Positions 12,925-27,362 of a stretch of DNA of 64,000 bases are shown here, piece after piece. The stretch comes from Glaucostegus cemiculus (lineage: Eukaryota). Made by a program: the position numbers and the translations under genes. Numbering within the stretch: position 1 is the first letter of the stretch; each line of letters begins with the position of its first letter. The stretch spans positions 1,798,001 through 1,862,000 of the forward strand of contig CDPCPM010000233.1 of assembly GCA_976551045.1 (NCBI GenBank), in the 5' to 3' direction. The notes under the pieces were generated by a model, which was not told the origin of the DNA, did not search any database, and saw nothing but the letters and a program-made list of their open reading frames with translations.

Positions 12925-13145
12925 TATTGACCTGATAGTTATGTTGATTGAGGAATAACTATTAGCTAGGATATTGGGGATAGTTTGCCTGATGTTTGAG
13001 ATCATGCTAGAGGATCTTTCCTATCCACTTGGATGTGATTTAGCAACTTGTCCAAAAGATGGCACCACTGACAGTGCAGCACTCCCTCAGTTAAACACTG
13101 AGTGTCAGCCTTGAATTTTGTCCTCCAGTCTCTGGGATGGAAATA
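12925..13145 (-). mobile_element. Deu-domain (SacSINE1/AmnSINE-like) SINE fragment
   Basis: GTTGATTGAGGAATAACTATTAGCTAGGA...GATGGCACCACTGACAGTGCAGCACTCCCTCAG matches the recalled DeuSINE consensus in reverse. Related copies at about 34770-34900, 46480-46800 and 47280-47790. Confidence 0.65.
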
Positions 13146-13893
13146 TAATCTCTTTCCCTCAGCAGAGCCGAGCATTTCACATTCTTACCTGATGTTAGCC
13201 CTGCTTTAAATGTCATCTGCATTTTGCAGAATTGTTTCCATTAAGATCAAACTTGATTGATCTTTTTCTCCTATAATTCAAACTCTTTATGGATCTTTGT
13301 CATCTGCAATTATAGAGTGGTTCCATTCCCATAGATTATGACTGTTGGGAAAATTTTTTGTGGAATATCATTAAACCTTGCATAAACATGCAAAAACCCA
13401 TGTATTGCCTTCTGAGTTGTAGCTTCTTATAGCATCATTGTAGCATCATATAGCATGGTTGTATGTTATTAAGCCTTTGAAGGAGCTGGCCAAATATTTT
13501 TGTTCTACCTTTCTCTGTTGTGCTAATTTTTTTTAAACTTTGCATCTGCACCTAATTCGATGTAAAACAGCAATGAAAGCTGATTGGGCCAGTGGTGGAG
13601 GGAAAGGAGGATCTGATCTTCTCACTAGTTTGTCAATTATTTCTCATCTGTACCATGAGATTGTGTATAACAGTCAAAGTTAATTGGGACCTTCATTGAT
13701 ATTTTACTGAGTTTCAGCTCTTAAGGATAACTACAAAGTGTGAAATAGTAACAGACCAGTCTGTAACTGGATAATTCTGCCATTTTAATGATGTATGATT
13801 GAATGATATCACATCACAGTGCTTTAAACATAATGCATGAATTATTATGCATGTATTAAAAGGTAACAGGGTTTTATCTAACTTCCTTTATAG

Positions 13894-13964
13894 ACTGAGA
13901 TCATGAGGAATGAATTTGAGCGACTTGCAGCTCGCCAGCCAATGGAACTGCTCAGTATGAAAAG
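13894..13964 (+). CDS. BCAS2: BCAS2 coding exon 3
   Basis: Encodes TEIMRNEFERLAARQPMELLSMK(R). Acceptor TATAG, donor GTGAGG; 71 nt. Confidence 0.97.
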
Positions 13965-15303
13965 GTGAGGAAATGCGAAATGGGAAGTGTGTGAGCAAAA
14001 GACCTAAAAGGAGCATTTCATATGAACCATGATTTGTATCATCAAGAACTCGATAATTGAGAATGGTTTTAAGAAGTTCTTCTCTTTGAATTGAATTCTA
14101 ATTGGATGAATCTGTGAAACTTGTATTTCACACTGTGATCCCAGAAGTGTGAATGATTGGACGGAGAAGCAGATATAATATTGTAGCATAAAGTGAGGCC
14201 ATTTTAGCTAGTGCCAGCTCTTTTGAAAGATCTTCCAGTGAGCCCTATTTTCTAGCTCTTTAGCAAAACCTAGCAAAGCTTTCACTTTTGATCACTTATC
14301 CAATTTTGTTTTCTAAAGTTATTTTTCAATGACTTCGGCCACAAGCAGCAAATTCCAGGTCCTCTTGGTTAACTGATGAAAATATTCTATTCTCACTTCT
14401 GGCTCTTTTTACAATTAATTGAAAGCAGTGGCCCTTAGTTACTGAGCCTTCTGTCAGGAGAAACAAGTTCTGTTATTTATTCTTTCAAAGCCTTTTATGC
14501 TTTTGATACCCTCTGTTACATCCTGTTATCTTCTGTTACAACAATCCCAACTGCTTATTGTGTAACAAAAGTCAGCATCCTTAATACCATTCCTATAAAC
14601 CTCCACTCTACCCTTTCCAAGGCTTTGATATCTTTCTTAAAGTGTGCCTGGAAGTGGAGTCATTACTTCAGCTGAAGACTAATTTTTAAATGTTTTGGTA
14701 ACTGGGCACAGAATCAGTCTGAGTTGTAGACCAATGCTATGTACTAAAGAAATTAGCTGCCTAATTTTGTTCAGTCAGAACATTGAGATATTAGGTGTAA
14801 ATTTTTTACTCTTTGTTTAAAAAATAATTGGCTCAGTAAATGAAAATTATAGGAGCAGCAATACTTAGAGCCCACTGGCTGTAGTATCATCTAATGCTGT
14901 CTGTTTTTCTGTTACCCTGTTTTACATATTGCATGGTGCTCCAAGTCCTAATAATCTGTTGTGATTGCTGTTCCATGATCTCTGCTGAAGCTTTTATGGA
15001 GGGTGGGGGAGAAAGATGCCCTCCATAAAAGCTTCAGCAGAGATCATGGAAGCATGACTTTGTTTCTGTCACCAGAGATCCTGTTTGACCTGCTGGGTGC
15101 TTCCCACATTTTGTTTTGGTTTCAGATCGCCTGCAGTTTTGTTTTTGTTCCAACTGTTTTAGAATCAGTTTATTGCCTGATTATTGTAAAGAATGACACG
15201 AGATTGCTGAATAAAATGGAGACGAGAGATTGTAGGTGCTTTGAAATTTAGTATATGGACGTAGCCAAATTATCTTAGACTGATGCCATATTTAGAATTC
15301 TAA

Positions 15304-15600
15304 TACAGTAAAACTCCAATAATTCAGTATCTAATTATTTAGAAATTCCGATAGGTTGGCATCTTGCTCACCAAGTTCTGTTAACCCTGCTCCTTTTAAA
15401 GTCACTGGAGTGTTGTTTCCAGCACTCCCTTTTAAACTTGCCAGGTTCACTGTAAAATGTATTTATACTGTCTGTAACATGTAAAGATCCAAGTGAAATA
15501 ATTGTTGAGAGTGGTAATGTAATGTTCAACAGTCCAAAAGGTCTGTTGATCTGGCATGACCAAGGTCCCAAAGGTGGCAGTTTGGCAGGGTTTTACTGCA
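15304..15600. mobile_element. Tc1/mariner (Tigger-like) MITE
   Basis: Terminal inverted repeats TACAGTAAAACTCC ... GGGTTTTACTGCA. An oppositely oriented relative at about 20541-20859 shares the internal CTCCCTTT..AC...CTGG blocks. Confidence 0.6.
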
Positions 15601-15742
15601 CACGTTCAGAAGAATTAGCACAACGTATGGAATTGAGAATGCCGTGCATCTTCAGTTGATGAGGGAGGAAACAGAGGAAGGAAGGAAAATTCCTTTACTA
15701 ATATCAATTCATTATTGTGGGTTTTTTTTTTCTGTTTTACAG

Positions 15743-15904
15743 ATATGAACTGCCTGCTCCATCTTCAGGACAGAAGAATGATATTACTGCATGGCAGGAA
15801 TCGGTGAACAATTCCATGGCGCAACTTGAACACCAGGCAGTGAGAATTGAGAATCTGGAGCTGATGTCACAGCATGGGTCAAATGCATGGAAAGTCTATA
15901 ATGA
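15743..15904 (+). CDS. BCAS2: BCAS2 coding exon 4
   Basis: Encodes [53 protein letters not shown]. Acceptor TTACAG, donor GTATGT; 162 nt. Confidence 0.97.
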
Positions 15905-16384
15905 GTATGTATTTCAAAGTTGAGTTTATTGTCATGTGCACAAGTACATGTTTGCATAAGTAGATTGAAAATCTAATATGTAGCAACATCTCAGGCACAT
16001 GACATCATTATAAGCAGCATACTCAAGAAACACAAATTGTACACAAATTTTTACAAGAAGAACACAATTAGAGAAAAAGGAACAAATATAGAGTAATACA
16101 TAACACAAAATCATATAGCACAAAAGACAACCAATTGGCCTGTTGTGCCTGGATTGGAATTAAGCGTGTGATTAATTCCATTCACCTGCTCTTTCTAAGT
16201 AGCCTTGTGGTTGTTTCTTTAACATCCTGTTTCCTTTCTAATAGAATTAGATTTGTAAGTGTCCAGTTCCATTCGTCTCTCCTAGGGTTCTGATCTGGCC
16301 ATTCTGTAATCCCACAGTCAGGAGGTTATCTGATGAAGACATTGTGCCCATAACCAAAGTTTATGCATTCATCCTTCCCCCAGT

Positions 16385-17082
16385 ATAGAACATAGAAAAA
16401 CTACAGCACAATTCAGGCCCTTTGGCCCACAAAGCTGTGCCAAACATGTCCCTACACTAGAAATTACTGGGCATTCCCATAGCCCTCTATTTTTACCTAG
16501 CTCCATGTACCTATCTAACAGTCTCTTGAAAGACCTTATCGTATCTGCCTCCACCACCGCTACCGGCAGCCCATTCTACGCACTCACCACTCTCTTGAGT
16601 AAAAAAAACTTACCCCTGACATCTACTCCCCACCACCTTAAACCTATGTCCTCTTGCGGCCACCATTTCAGCCCTAGGGAAAAGCCTCTGACTATCTACC
16701 TGATCAATACCTCTCATCATCTTATATACCTCTGTCAGGTCCCCCCCATCATCCTCCTCTCCAAGGAGAAAAGGCCGAGTTCCCACAACCTGCTCTCATA
16801 AGGCATGCTCCACATTCCAGGCAGCATCCTCGTAAACCTCCTCTGCACCCTCTCTATGGCTTCCACATCCTTCCTGTAGTGACGCGACCAGAACTGAGCA
16901 CAATACTCCAAGTGGGGTCTGACCAGGGACCTATATAACTGAAGCAGTACCTTGTGGCTTCTAAATTCAATCCCGCGACTGATGAAGGACAATACACTAT
17001 TTGCCGCCTTAACCACAGAGTTAACCTGCGCAGCCGCCTTGAGCGTCCTATAGAGTCAGACCCCAAGGTCCCTCTGATCCTC
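16385..17082 (-). mobile_element. Relatively young CR1-like LINE 3' fragment
   Basis: ORF 16735-17016 gives LYRSLVRPHLEYCAQFWS..RKDVEAIERVQRRFTRMLPG. CpGs are retained and a TTCTATG-type tail is present. Confidence 0.9.
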
Positions 17083-17779
17083 ATATAGTGATCAGAAACT
17101 TTTATTTTCTCTCTTAACCCCCATTGCTGGTCAGGGATAATACTGTTGTAGACCTTGAAGTTTCCAACTGTCAGCTTGATTTGAATAGAATTGGGAGCGT
17201 TTAGACCTTTTCTTAGTGGTGATCATTGCCTGGTCTACATAAGCCCAAGCTTGGATTTTAGTTTAGGTCAAGCTCTGTTTAATAGTAAACTTCTCCATAA
17301 TTTGTGGAACTGTGAAAGGAACTGAAATCTCTACAATTATTAACAAACATCCTCACTTTTCACCTTGTAATACAAGGAAGCTGAAGTATCTGAAGCTAGT
17401 TGAGCTTCAGAAACTCAATTTTTTTAAAGAATTACAGCACCTCTAAATTGATGTGATTATGAGGTAGGGTTTTTTCCTGCAAGCTCGGTTGTTAAAATTG
17501 TTTCCTTGCACACATTTACTAAAAATTTGAATCCCTGAGCTTATTGAGTTAGCCTACTTCATGTGGATAACAGCAATGTCATTACAATTAGTGGTAGCAG
17601 CAGATCGTTTTGTTTTTAAAGATAAGAATGGTCAGTCAAGATTTTACACAGGATTGAACTGCCTTCTATGGTAGAAAATGTCTCTACCTGAAAAATGGCA
17701 TGTTTAATGTATTATTGGATGGAAATTTTGATGAAAGTATCGACAGGTATTTTTTTAAAATGAGAGACTGGTCAAAATA

Positions 17780-18730
17780 CATAGTTACACAGCATGGACA
17801 AAGGCCCTTTTGGCCCAACTAATCAAGTCAAACATGATGCCTTTCTAAGCTAATCCCACTTGCCTGCATTTGGCCCCTGTGTTTAAACCTTTCCTATCCA
17901 TGTACCTGTCCAAATGTTTTTTTAATGTTGTAATTGCACCTGCCTCTACCATCTCTGGCAAATTCTTCCATCTACCCGTCCCCCTCTATGGAAGATCTTG
18001 CTCCTCAGGTTCCCTTTTAAATTTTCATACTATGCTCTCTAGTTTTAGACTCCCCTAGTGTAGGGGTGGAGGGAGGTGGGAGAAGACTGGCTATGTACCT
18101 ACGTATGCTGCTCGTAATTTTATAAACCTCTAAGGTCACCCCTTCGCCGCCTCCACTCCAAGGAAAGCAGTCCCAGCCTATCCAGTCTCTCCTTATAACT
18201 CAAGCCTTTAGTCCAGGCAACATCCTTGTGAACCTTTTCTGCACCCTGTCTAGCTTACTCGCATCCTTCCTATGGCATGGCGAACAGAACTGCACACCAT
18301 ACTCCCAAGTACAGCCTAACTAATATACATTGTAACATGATGTCCCAACTGGTGTACCGAATGCTGTGGCCAGTGAAGGCAAGCATGCCATATTCCACCT
18401 TTGCTACCCTGTCTATCTGTTGTCACTTTTGGGGAACTGTGTACTTGTACCTCTAGGTATCTCTGTTCAACAACACTCCCCAGGGTCCTGCCGTTCACTG
18501 TGTGTGTCCTGCCCCAATTTTGGTGGCATTTGCAAGTGTACTGGTCATATCACCTACATTCTCAGCCAAATCATTAATATATATGACAAGCAATGCTGAT
18601 CAGCACCAATCTCTGTGGCACCAGTCTGAAAAGCAACCCTCTGCCTTCCACTACCAAGCCAATTTTGTGTCCAATTGACTAGCTCATTCTGTATCCCATG
18701 TGCTCTGACGTTCTGGATCAGCCTACCATG
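17780..18730 (-). mobile_element. CR1-like LINE 3' fragment (older)
   Basis: MNGRTLGSVVEQRYLEVQVH-like translation and a CR1 3' UTR signature. Confidence 0.75.
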
Positions 18731-20540
18731 CAGAAGCTCATGATTATTCAGATGGAAAAGAAATGCATTACCTGTGTTTTTACTTCCCTTCTACCCACTT
18801 TCCAGAAACACCTGTTTCACGTGATGCAGCAATTTACTTGAACTGCTTTGAACGTGGTATATTACTATTCACCACTTATGATGTGGTTTGCTCTACACTG
18901 GAGACCAAACAGATCATGTAACAACTTTGCAGAATGTGACTGTCCTTTCAGTTTGTAAGCATGCTAAGCTTCCAGCCAGCAGTCACTTTACTTTTCTATT
19001 TCACTCCTGTTCTCATTTGTCTTTTGCCTCTTCCATGGTTTCAACAAAGCTCGATACATGTTAGAGGAACAGACTTGATTGTTCCAGATTCAGTAATTGA
19101 GCTCAGCCATTATGGATAATAAGCATTTCTATTATTCTCATTGCAGATTTCTTTTATGTTCATTTGGGAATTTTAGGTCATTATTCTACATTTGCACCTA
19201 TTCTGGATTTTTTTTACTTCTTGTACAATCATTCCCTTTGTCTATCAAACACTGCCTTTCCATCCTGTCACAGATCTTCCCCTTTTTCTCTGACCCTCCA
19301 TTTCTCTGCATCTGATGGCCCTTCAACTATTTCCCAGTTCTCATGTCAGGACTTTGGTAGAAATATGTTCCTTTGTTTCTTTCTCCACAAGTGCTTTCTG
19401 ACCTTCTGAGCACTTTATTTTTTGCTTTAGACTGAAAAATTGTTCACAGACAAATCTGGAATAGTTCTGTTTCAAGTTGGAGTTAGGGACATTTTTGGAT
19501 GCGAGAGGAGCTTTATTGTACCGAGCTGTATTCACTTTTGGAGTAAACTAAATGGGAAATATCTGCAGTAATATGGTGATTTAATACTGAGCTCCTTCAC
19601 ACCAAATTTTTAATGGGATGATTACTCTATATTGAATCAGTCTGTTTCTTTGTAAATTCTGCTGAATTTATTATTTCATAGTGCAGAGTAATTTGGAAAG
19701 GTCCATAATTTAACTTTTGAGTGAACTCAATTTAATGAAACCTTTGAAAAGTAACAAAATATTGTTTAAAACGAAACACTATTTTGAAGCACTTCAGTCA
19801 CATTTCCTTTTGATTTTAAACACAAGTAATCCTTGTGCCTTAAAATCACATTCAAGAGAGATGATTTTTAAAGATTATTAGTTGTGCATTTTTTTTCAGC
19901 TAGTTGATGAATTGAATTTTAGAGATGAGGTTTCGATTCAATGACGAGGGACGCTACATTTTAATCTAAAATCAAACTATCCCATTCTTATAGCTCTATT
20001 GTTTTTGGGGGTTTTGTGGCCCTTGGGTAGCCATTGTAATTCATTGTGTGAATGGGATGGACTGTTGCAGAGTCACTAACAGAGATTGTGGCCAAACATG
20101 ATCCAATTCCTATATTGTATCTTCTGAGTTTCTGAAGTTAGATACCTAAGCCACAAAAGGAGACATTACAACAGATTGGAAGTAGATTTTAAAAAGCCTC
20201 TTACAGAAGAAAGATGCAAAGATGTTTAGGGAAGGAAATTCAAACCTTGGGGATGAAGCAGCTAAAGGGAAGGCATCATTCTGGAGTGATGAAATTCAGA
20301 AACCAACAAGAAATCTCAGAGTACAAACAACAGAAGGGCTGGAAGAGTTTTGAGAGAGAGTCTTAATCAAACACCGAAACTGTGAACTATGTGAAGCAAT
20401 TTCAAAGACTAGGTGAGAATATTAGAGGTGCTTGACTGGGAGCCACAATAGGTTCGTGAGCAGAGGGATGATGATTAAGCAAATTGGTACAAATTAGAAT
20501 ACAGGCAGCAGAGTTTTTATTGAGCTCAAGGTATAAAGTG

Positions 20541-20859
20541 CAGTAAAACATCGCCAGTCCGGAACGCTTGGGACTTTGGTGCTGGACTAGCAGATTTTCC
20601 AGACTATTGGTTGTTACTCCTACAACACACTTCTAATTCACTATTTAAAATAAAAAGTAACATAGTATTTTAATTTTCCAGTGAATCCAGTAAGTTTAAA
20701 GTGATTGTCAAAACTGTGGCCCTTTTGGGTTGGAAGGGAGTGTGGGAACTGGTACCCAGTGAGTTGAAAGGGAGTGTAGCAATTACTGCCTGGTGAGCAA
20801 GGTTACAAACCATCAGGATTTCAGTATAGTCAGATGCAGATTATTGCAGTCTTACTGTG
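20541..20859. mobile_element. Tc1/mariner-like MITE inserted in an old L2-like fragment
   Basis: CAGTAAAAC...TCTTACTG termini; related to 15304-15600. Confidence 0.5.
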
Positions 20860-21114
20860 AGGCCAGCCACAAGATCATAGAATACCTGAGACTAGTGGTA
20901 CTAAAGACCAGGATCAGAGTTCAGCAGCAGATAAGCAGAGGCAGGGCAGTAATTTGGAAGTGGAGATGGAGTTGGTACCTAAACTGGCAGAGAATTAAGT
21001 CAGTAAATTTGGAGGAAATTTGTTTGTCCGATTTGTGACAAGTTACTTGGTAACCAAATAATCATTTTACAAGTACTTAAGTTTCTTTTTCCCTTTCCCT
21101 TCCCTTGTTATTAG

Positions 21115-21165
21115 CAATTTGGTACAGATGATTGAAAATGCTCAGAAGGAACTGCAGAGACTAAG
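21115..21165 (+). CDS. BCAS2: BCAS2 coding exon 5
   Basis: Encodes (D)NLVQMIENAQKELQRL(R). Polypyrimidine tract with TTAG acceptor, donor GTGAGT; 51 nt. Confidence 0.96.
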
Positions 21166-22636
21166 GTGAGTATTTTGAGTTGTGCTGGTTTTTATGTCTG
21201 TGTGTGTCTGTTTGGTGGTTGTGGCTCCTGCGTAAGTTGTTAGTCCACTGGAAGGAGATGGTGAATGGCTGTTTACCCTTGGGTTACGGCTAGAAAAGAT
21301 CTAATCTTGAGACCGTAGATCTCTTCCTTGATCTGCAGTACAGTTCTTAACATGTGCAAATTTTTTGAACTTCTGGCTGTAGGCATTTGATTGTAGAAGT
21401 TTGTAGGATAGACCACTGAATCGTACAAGATTAAATACTATGGTTAAACTATGAAACAATTTAATCTGAATGATAATATGAAATACTATCACATTATGAT
21501 GGTTACAATCCTCCAGAATGTTCTGCTGCTACTGCTTCTCAGGTGTGTTGCATGAAATGTTGCCATGTGTTCTTTGGAAAAAATGATTGTGATAATGCTT
21601 AGCTTTTGGAATGTTCAGCATATTGTGTTCTTGCTGGAGTTTTACGTTTTACTGTCTTTCTGTAACTAAGCACCAAATTATGTTTGTTGTTCATTACTGA
21701 CAAAATTCCTTGGACAGTTGAGATCATAACTAGGAAAGGGTCCGGGGTGGGTGGGGGGTCGGGGGGGAAGGGAGGATGGATAGCACTGAATAGAACAATT
21801 ATATTTTACACATCTTTGCAAACCTACTGTGTTTGGAAGCAATGTTTGATTTTGAATGTGAACTCCGAAATATATTGCAATACATAGAGTTGTGGTTTTT
21901 CTGCTCAATTTCCTTTATGTATGTGCACGGTAAATCTTTTAACTCAGCATGGCAAATAAACCATCTGTTGTCTAGAAGGAAATGTTTGAAACTTGCCTCA
22001 CTAACTTGAAGCTCATCAGTTCAATTGTGAAATCCAAACAGTTGAGTGTACACTCCTGTAGTAGTTCGGCAGTGATTGATCTGACTTGTATCAGGAGTGA
22101 GGAAGTGCTCTCTCCTGAAAGGCTAATTTTTGTTTCATTTCATTTTCTCTGTGCTGGTACGATGCCTAGTCTGCTAACTGCACACATTAGTTGGCAGATT
22201 TCCTCAAGCCCTTGTGGTCTCAGTATCTGGCAGGAATAAAGTTTTTTTTAGAATATCGTTTGTGAAATAAATAATTTATAGAAGTAATCTCTTAAAGTGT
22301 TTAAACTTTATTCCTTCCAATGTACGTTTCTCTTACCACTCTTCTATACTGAAGGTGCTGATCTTGATATGGTGCAATATGGCTAGTGATGTCCAGTGTC
22401 TCTCCAGCTTATCTGCTAGTCACATTTGAGCATAGATGATGAATGTCACTTGAATGTAAATGTGGAAGGGATCATAGGCCAGCCTCGTGCACAAGCACTT
22501 CTAATGTCATTAAATGGTGATCAGAAATGAAAATCTTCTGATTCTCAGTTCCTTTTTTTCTGAGGAACAGATTTTTAACCGATTTTTTTTTTTCCTAATT
22601 TTGTGTACATCTAATGTGCAATTCTGTTTAATTCAG

Positions 22637-22717
22637 AAAACAAATTCAAGACCTAAACTGGCTGAGGAAAAACGACCAGCTTGCTGCTGGCAGTAAACTT
22701 CGAGAAATGGAATCCAA
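22637..22717 (+). CDS. BCAS2: BCAS2 coding exon 6
   Basis: Encodes KQIQDLNWLRKNDQLAAGSKLREMES(N). Acceptor TTCAG, donor GTGAGT; 81 nt. Confidence 0.96.
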
Positions 22718-23874
22718 GTGAGTGAAATAATGTTGGATTGTAGAATTTGCTGTACTCATAAAGGGTGAGGAATAGATTCGCCAGCTTATTATACGTTTTA
22801 ATATATTTTCGCAAGTTTGCTTATTTCAAAAGGTGCTAGTAGCAACATAAATTTGATTCCTACTCAAGATTTGTACGTGATCATTTGACTCAAGAAAAAA
22901 CTGTTCTATAACTCTGCGTGCGCATCCCTTTCATACAACAAATGGATACTGTGCCACTGATGGAGCTTAAGAATGAATTTCTCCAACATGACTAGTGTAT
23001 TGTATTTAAACATACAAAACAAGATTAAAAGCATCCTGGACTAATCTGAGGATGAAGTCAGCTCCCATTATGGCAGCTGGAGAATGTAAGTTTGGACAAA
23101 ATGCTAGTGTTGGCAAAGATGAAGACAGAACCACCAAATGCTTTTAAAAACCACATTTGCTTCACACTAGGGAAGAATATCTGCTGTTCTCATTTGGTAT
23201 GTCCTATTTCTTAGTCCAGAGCCAAAGCAATTAATTGATTTTTTCATTGGCATGGAAGGCATTCAGTTGTAGAAAACCTAAAACTACCCACAACAATAGT
23301 GGGTGGTTCATCCAACGTGAGAAAAGCTAAAACTGACCCCGCCAACATTGCAAAATCCACCTCATGACAATCCGAAGGACTTCTATCTAATTGAGAAGAG
23401 CTGATCCACAAACAATGAAAGCAGTTGTCTGACAATCACAGTAACAAGATCATAACTTTCAACCCATAACCCACCTTGGTCCCTCAACAGGACAGATTCT
23501 CCAGAAGTGGGGCACAATGGTATACCATTAGGAAGAAATGGTCCTCAAATCTTCTCAAAATTGACTCTGGACCCCATGAAATCTTATGGCATTAGATCAA
23601 ACCAAAGCAAGAAAATCTACTGATTATGACCCCTACCTGATGAATCCTATTACATGTCAAATTCTACTTCAAAGAGCTAGGAAAGCTAAGAGTGTCATAT
23701 GCACTCTGAGTGGTGGACCTTCAGCATTAATCACAAAGTAGCAAGGTAGTGTCACTGCTGACACAGCTAGCAGGTCCTGCAAGATACAGCTACTGTGCAG
23801 GTGATGGATGGTTGGACTTGGTGGGAGGAACACGTAGAGTATCGACTTCAAAACTGGACCTGTGGCAATGTCAG

Positions 23875-24530
23875 TAGAGTCATAGAGCAATACAGCATCG
23901 GTACAGGCCCTTTGGCTCCTAAACCTCCAGTCCCCACCTCTCCATGTACCTATCCAAGTGCTGCTTAAATGATTCTATTGTACCTGCCTCAAGAGCTCAT
24001 TCCATATACTCACCACCCTCTGTGTGGAAATAGTTGTCCCTCAGGTCCCTTTGTTTAAATCTATGCCCCCTAGTTTTGGACTCCCGTACCACTGTTACCA
24101 TCCACCTTATCTGTGCCTCTCATAATCTTAAAAACTTCTATAAGGATGCCCCTCATTCTCCTATCTTCCAAGGAATAAACACCTAGCCTGGCCAACATCT
24201 CACTGTAACTTAGTCCCTCCAATCATGGTAACATCCTCAAATCTTTTCTGCACTCTTTCCAGTTTAACCACATCTTTCCTGACTGATGAAGGCCAGCATG
24301 CTAAACATCCTTTTCACCACCCTGTCTACCTGTGATGTTGCTTTAAAAGAACTATACACCTGTACTCCAAGGTCCTTCTGTTCCATTACACTCCCTCGTG
24401 CCCTACTGTTCATAGTACAAGTCCTATGCTGGTTTGACTTCCCAAAATGTATCACCTCTCACTTGTCTGATTTGAAGTCCATTTGCCACTCCTAGGCCCA
24501 CTTCCCTAACTGGCTTGACCTCTGCATTTC
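23875..24530 (-). mobile_element. CR1-like LINE 3' fragment
   Basis: HFGKSNQ...EQKDLGVQV...RVVKRMFSMLAFIS on the minus strand. Confidence 0.8.
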
Positions 24531-26619
24531 TTGTAATGACAAGTTCTGTTTTCACACAAAGGATGTGATCTAAATTGTTTTGTGACATCACCACCAAGCT
24601 AAATGGAATAGATTTGGAACGCACCTACCTGGCCCAAAGCTGAGCTGCTGTGGACCACTGGGACAGTCTGCAACTTTGTAGCTCTGCATGTCCCTCATTC
24701 TGCCATTGCTATTAAACCATCCCTGGTTCAATGGTCACACCAAGGTATGCCAGGATTGGCACCCTCTGTACCAAAATAATGCCAACTTGGAGCGATTGCA
24801 ATACAGGAATTCAAATACACTAAGGAGCAAAAACAAGGTTAAGTAATTTATCACAATCGCAGATCAAATCAAAGCTTTGCATTCCTTACACAACCGTCAC
24901 GTGCAATCATGAAGGAAAGTGGACAGTTAAATGAATAAGGCACCATGAAAGGCCTATCCTCAGTTTCTGGCACAACCCACTGCAGAAAAGCAGGAGCCAA
25001 AACTGAGGAATTTGCAGTCATTTCCCAGGCAACTTGCTCTTGAAAGGCAAACATCTGTGTTCTAATTGAGTTTGTACATTTTTATTTGCTGAATTTTGTG
25101 AGCCTGGGGTTTAGTAGAGGGTTGGTTTTAGTGGTGTATGTGTATTGGTGGACAGAATACCAGGTATGAAGCATGTGAGTGTTATGAAGGTAAAAGAGTT
25201 CAGGTTGTTCTCCTCAGGCAATGAAGATTAAGAGCAGATGGAGTTTTGACATTTGAGTTTCATAACTGTATACCTAAGGAGAATTGGCTTTCATGTCAAG
25301 AGAATCATTAAGAAGAGGATGTAGATTTAAACTAATTTGTAAAAAAAACCTGAGGAGATGGTGTTTTTATGCAGTAAAATTTAATCTGGAATGCACAGCC
25401 TAAAAGAGTGCTGGAAGCACAACTTTTACTGAATGGAAAAACACTGAAGGGATAAAAGAGTAGAACTAATTGGGTATCTCCATGATAGATACATGTGGTC
25501 CATGAGTGAATGCAGTTCACACTGTGGTTCTGTCCAGACCACTCTTGTGAACAGTTTTCATACCCCCAGTTAACTGTACAACACACTGGCTGTATAATTG
25601 CCTTTGGTTGTTAATCTCATGGCAATTTGACTCTAACATTCCTCAGGCAGAACTGGCTGTGAGAACTCTGAATCTGTGAATGTTCTGACATTAACCAGTA
25701 ATCAAAAACCAAAATGATGCTATTAAAGTGATTTTTTAAATTATGTATAATTAAGATGGTGGAAAGTATTTAATACAGTTTGTAAATTTAAATATTAACT
25801 CAGTTAATTAAAAAAGACCCTGTAACTTTCCCATCTCTTATGTAGCTGTTACTGTACATGGAGTTAAATCGCCAACATAGTGCACACCCTGCACCTAGAT
25901 TTCCCAGATAAACTGATAGGCAACTTGGATGTTGCCACTCTGCCAGTGATCTTCATGAGGAATCCAGCACCAGAGTGCTTTGGAACGGCAACAATGAAAG
26001 TCTATGAAGAGGTTTGGGACTTCTGTGTTGGCCTTAGTGTTGTGCATTGTCAATCTGGCCACTTCCACACACGTCGTTGCAGTTTTATTGGAAGCTGCAC
26101 AGTCATGATAAATAGCTGAGTCTTTAATCTGTTAACAATATGCAATAAGTGAATATCTGATTCTTTTTAAGATTACACGTGATCCTGCTATGCCTGTCAG
26201 CAATCCATAGTAAGATAACTTTGGCAGCCTTGAACAAGAAGGCTTAATATGGGAAAGATTTGTTTACTCTGGATATGAGTCTGTAGTGACTGCATTCATC
26301 TTTATCTGGCAACAAGTATTAAATTCGGAATACTCCAGTAAATGCAAATTGAAAACTTGATGTCTTTGAGGATTAATATTTGAATAATTGTGGACAAGCA
26401 TAAGTAATGAATTTAGTGGTGAAACAAAGTATATTCTGCTATTGTTCTTAAAGTCTGGAGCACTTTTTTCCTCAAAGTATGTTTTATTTATTTTGGAAAC
26501 TAATGCATAAATGTAACTGGTAAAGATCACATATATGAAATGCAAGTTAAATCCACAAGATAGATCAATTTGATGGTCACTGAATTACCATTGCAGAATG
26601 AATGGCTTAAAGGCCATGT

Positions 26620-27362
26620 GTACGCAGAACTGGCAAGGAATGTGCAGAACAGCTGCAATGAAATGACAGATTTTAATAGACAGAAGTGGAGTGATGGGAT
26701 TAGTTCAAAGGTTAGAACAAGTTAAATGATTCCAGAATGGTAAGGAGGGGAGAGGTTAGATAGATTAAAACAAACTGTGAGGACTGCTGATTCAAAAGAA
26801 ACTGGTATAAGGGAAAAGGAAAGATCAAAAGAAACAGAGATAATTAAATCAATAGGAACTGGGAAGTGGGGACAATATGGTGAGATCAAAGCAGCAGGAC
26901 AGAGGACGGTTAAAATGAGAGGAACTGGTGGTGGGTAACAAGATAAATGAAGAGGTGGGGAGGAAGAGGCTAACTGAACTAAAGAATATAATCAAGGAAT
27001 TGGGAGGAAAGGATAAAAGGAGGAGAGCAGATGGTTAGTTCAAAAGGGAAAAGGAGTAACAGAGGATAGTTAGACTGATGAACTGGGAGGTAGAAAGATG
27101 AGGGGAGGCCAATAAGCCAAGTAAAAGAGCAGATTTTTAAAAAGGGGGAATGGAGCCAATGGTTAAACCAATAGAAAGTATGGGAAGCAAGAGGATAGGC
27201 AAGATAAAAAGGACCAAGAGGATTGAATTGATCAAAACATGGGTCGAAGATTGTTGGGTGGTAAGAAATTGGGAGAGGAGTACCGATAGTTGGATTCCAA
27301 GAATTAGTGAAAACAGCTGGTACAATTGATTGCCTGATGATAATCCAAAAGCAGAAAGTAAG
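26620..27362 (-). mobile_element. Probable very old L1-clade RT fragment (purine-rich on the + strand)
   Basis: Strong strand asymmetry. Minus-strand LLSAFGLSSG...LGIQL resembles the L1 post-YADD segment (F...SG.K.N ... YLGI). Confidence 0.4.
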
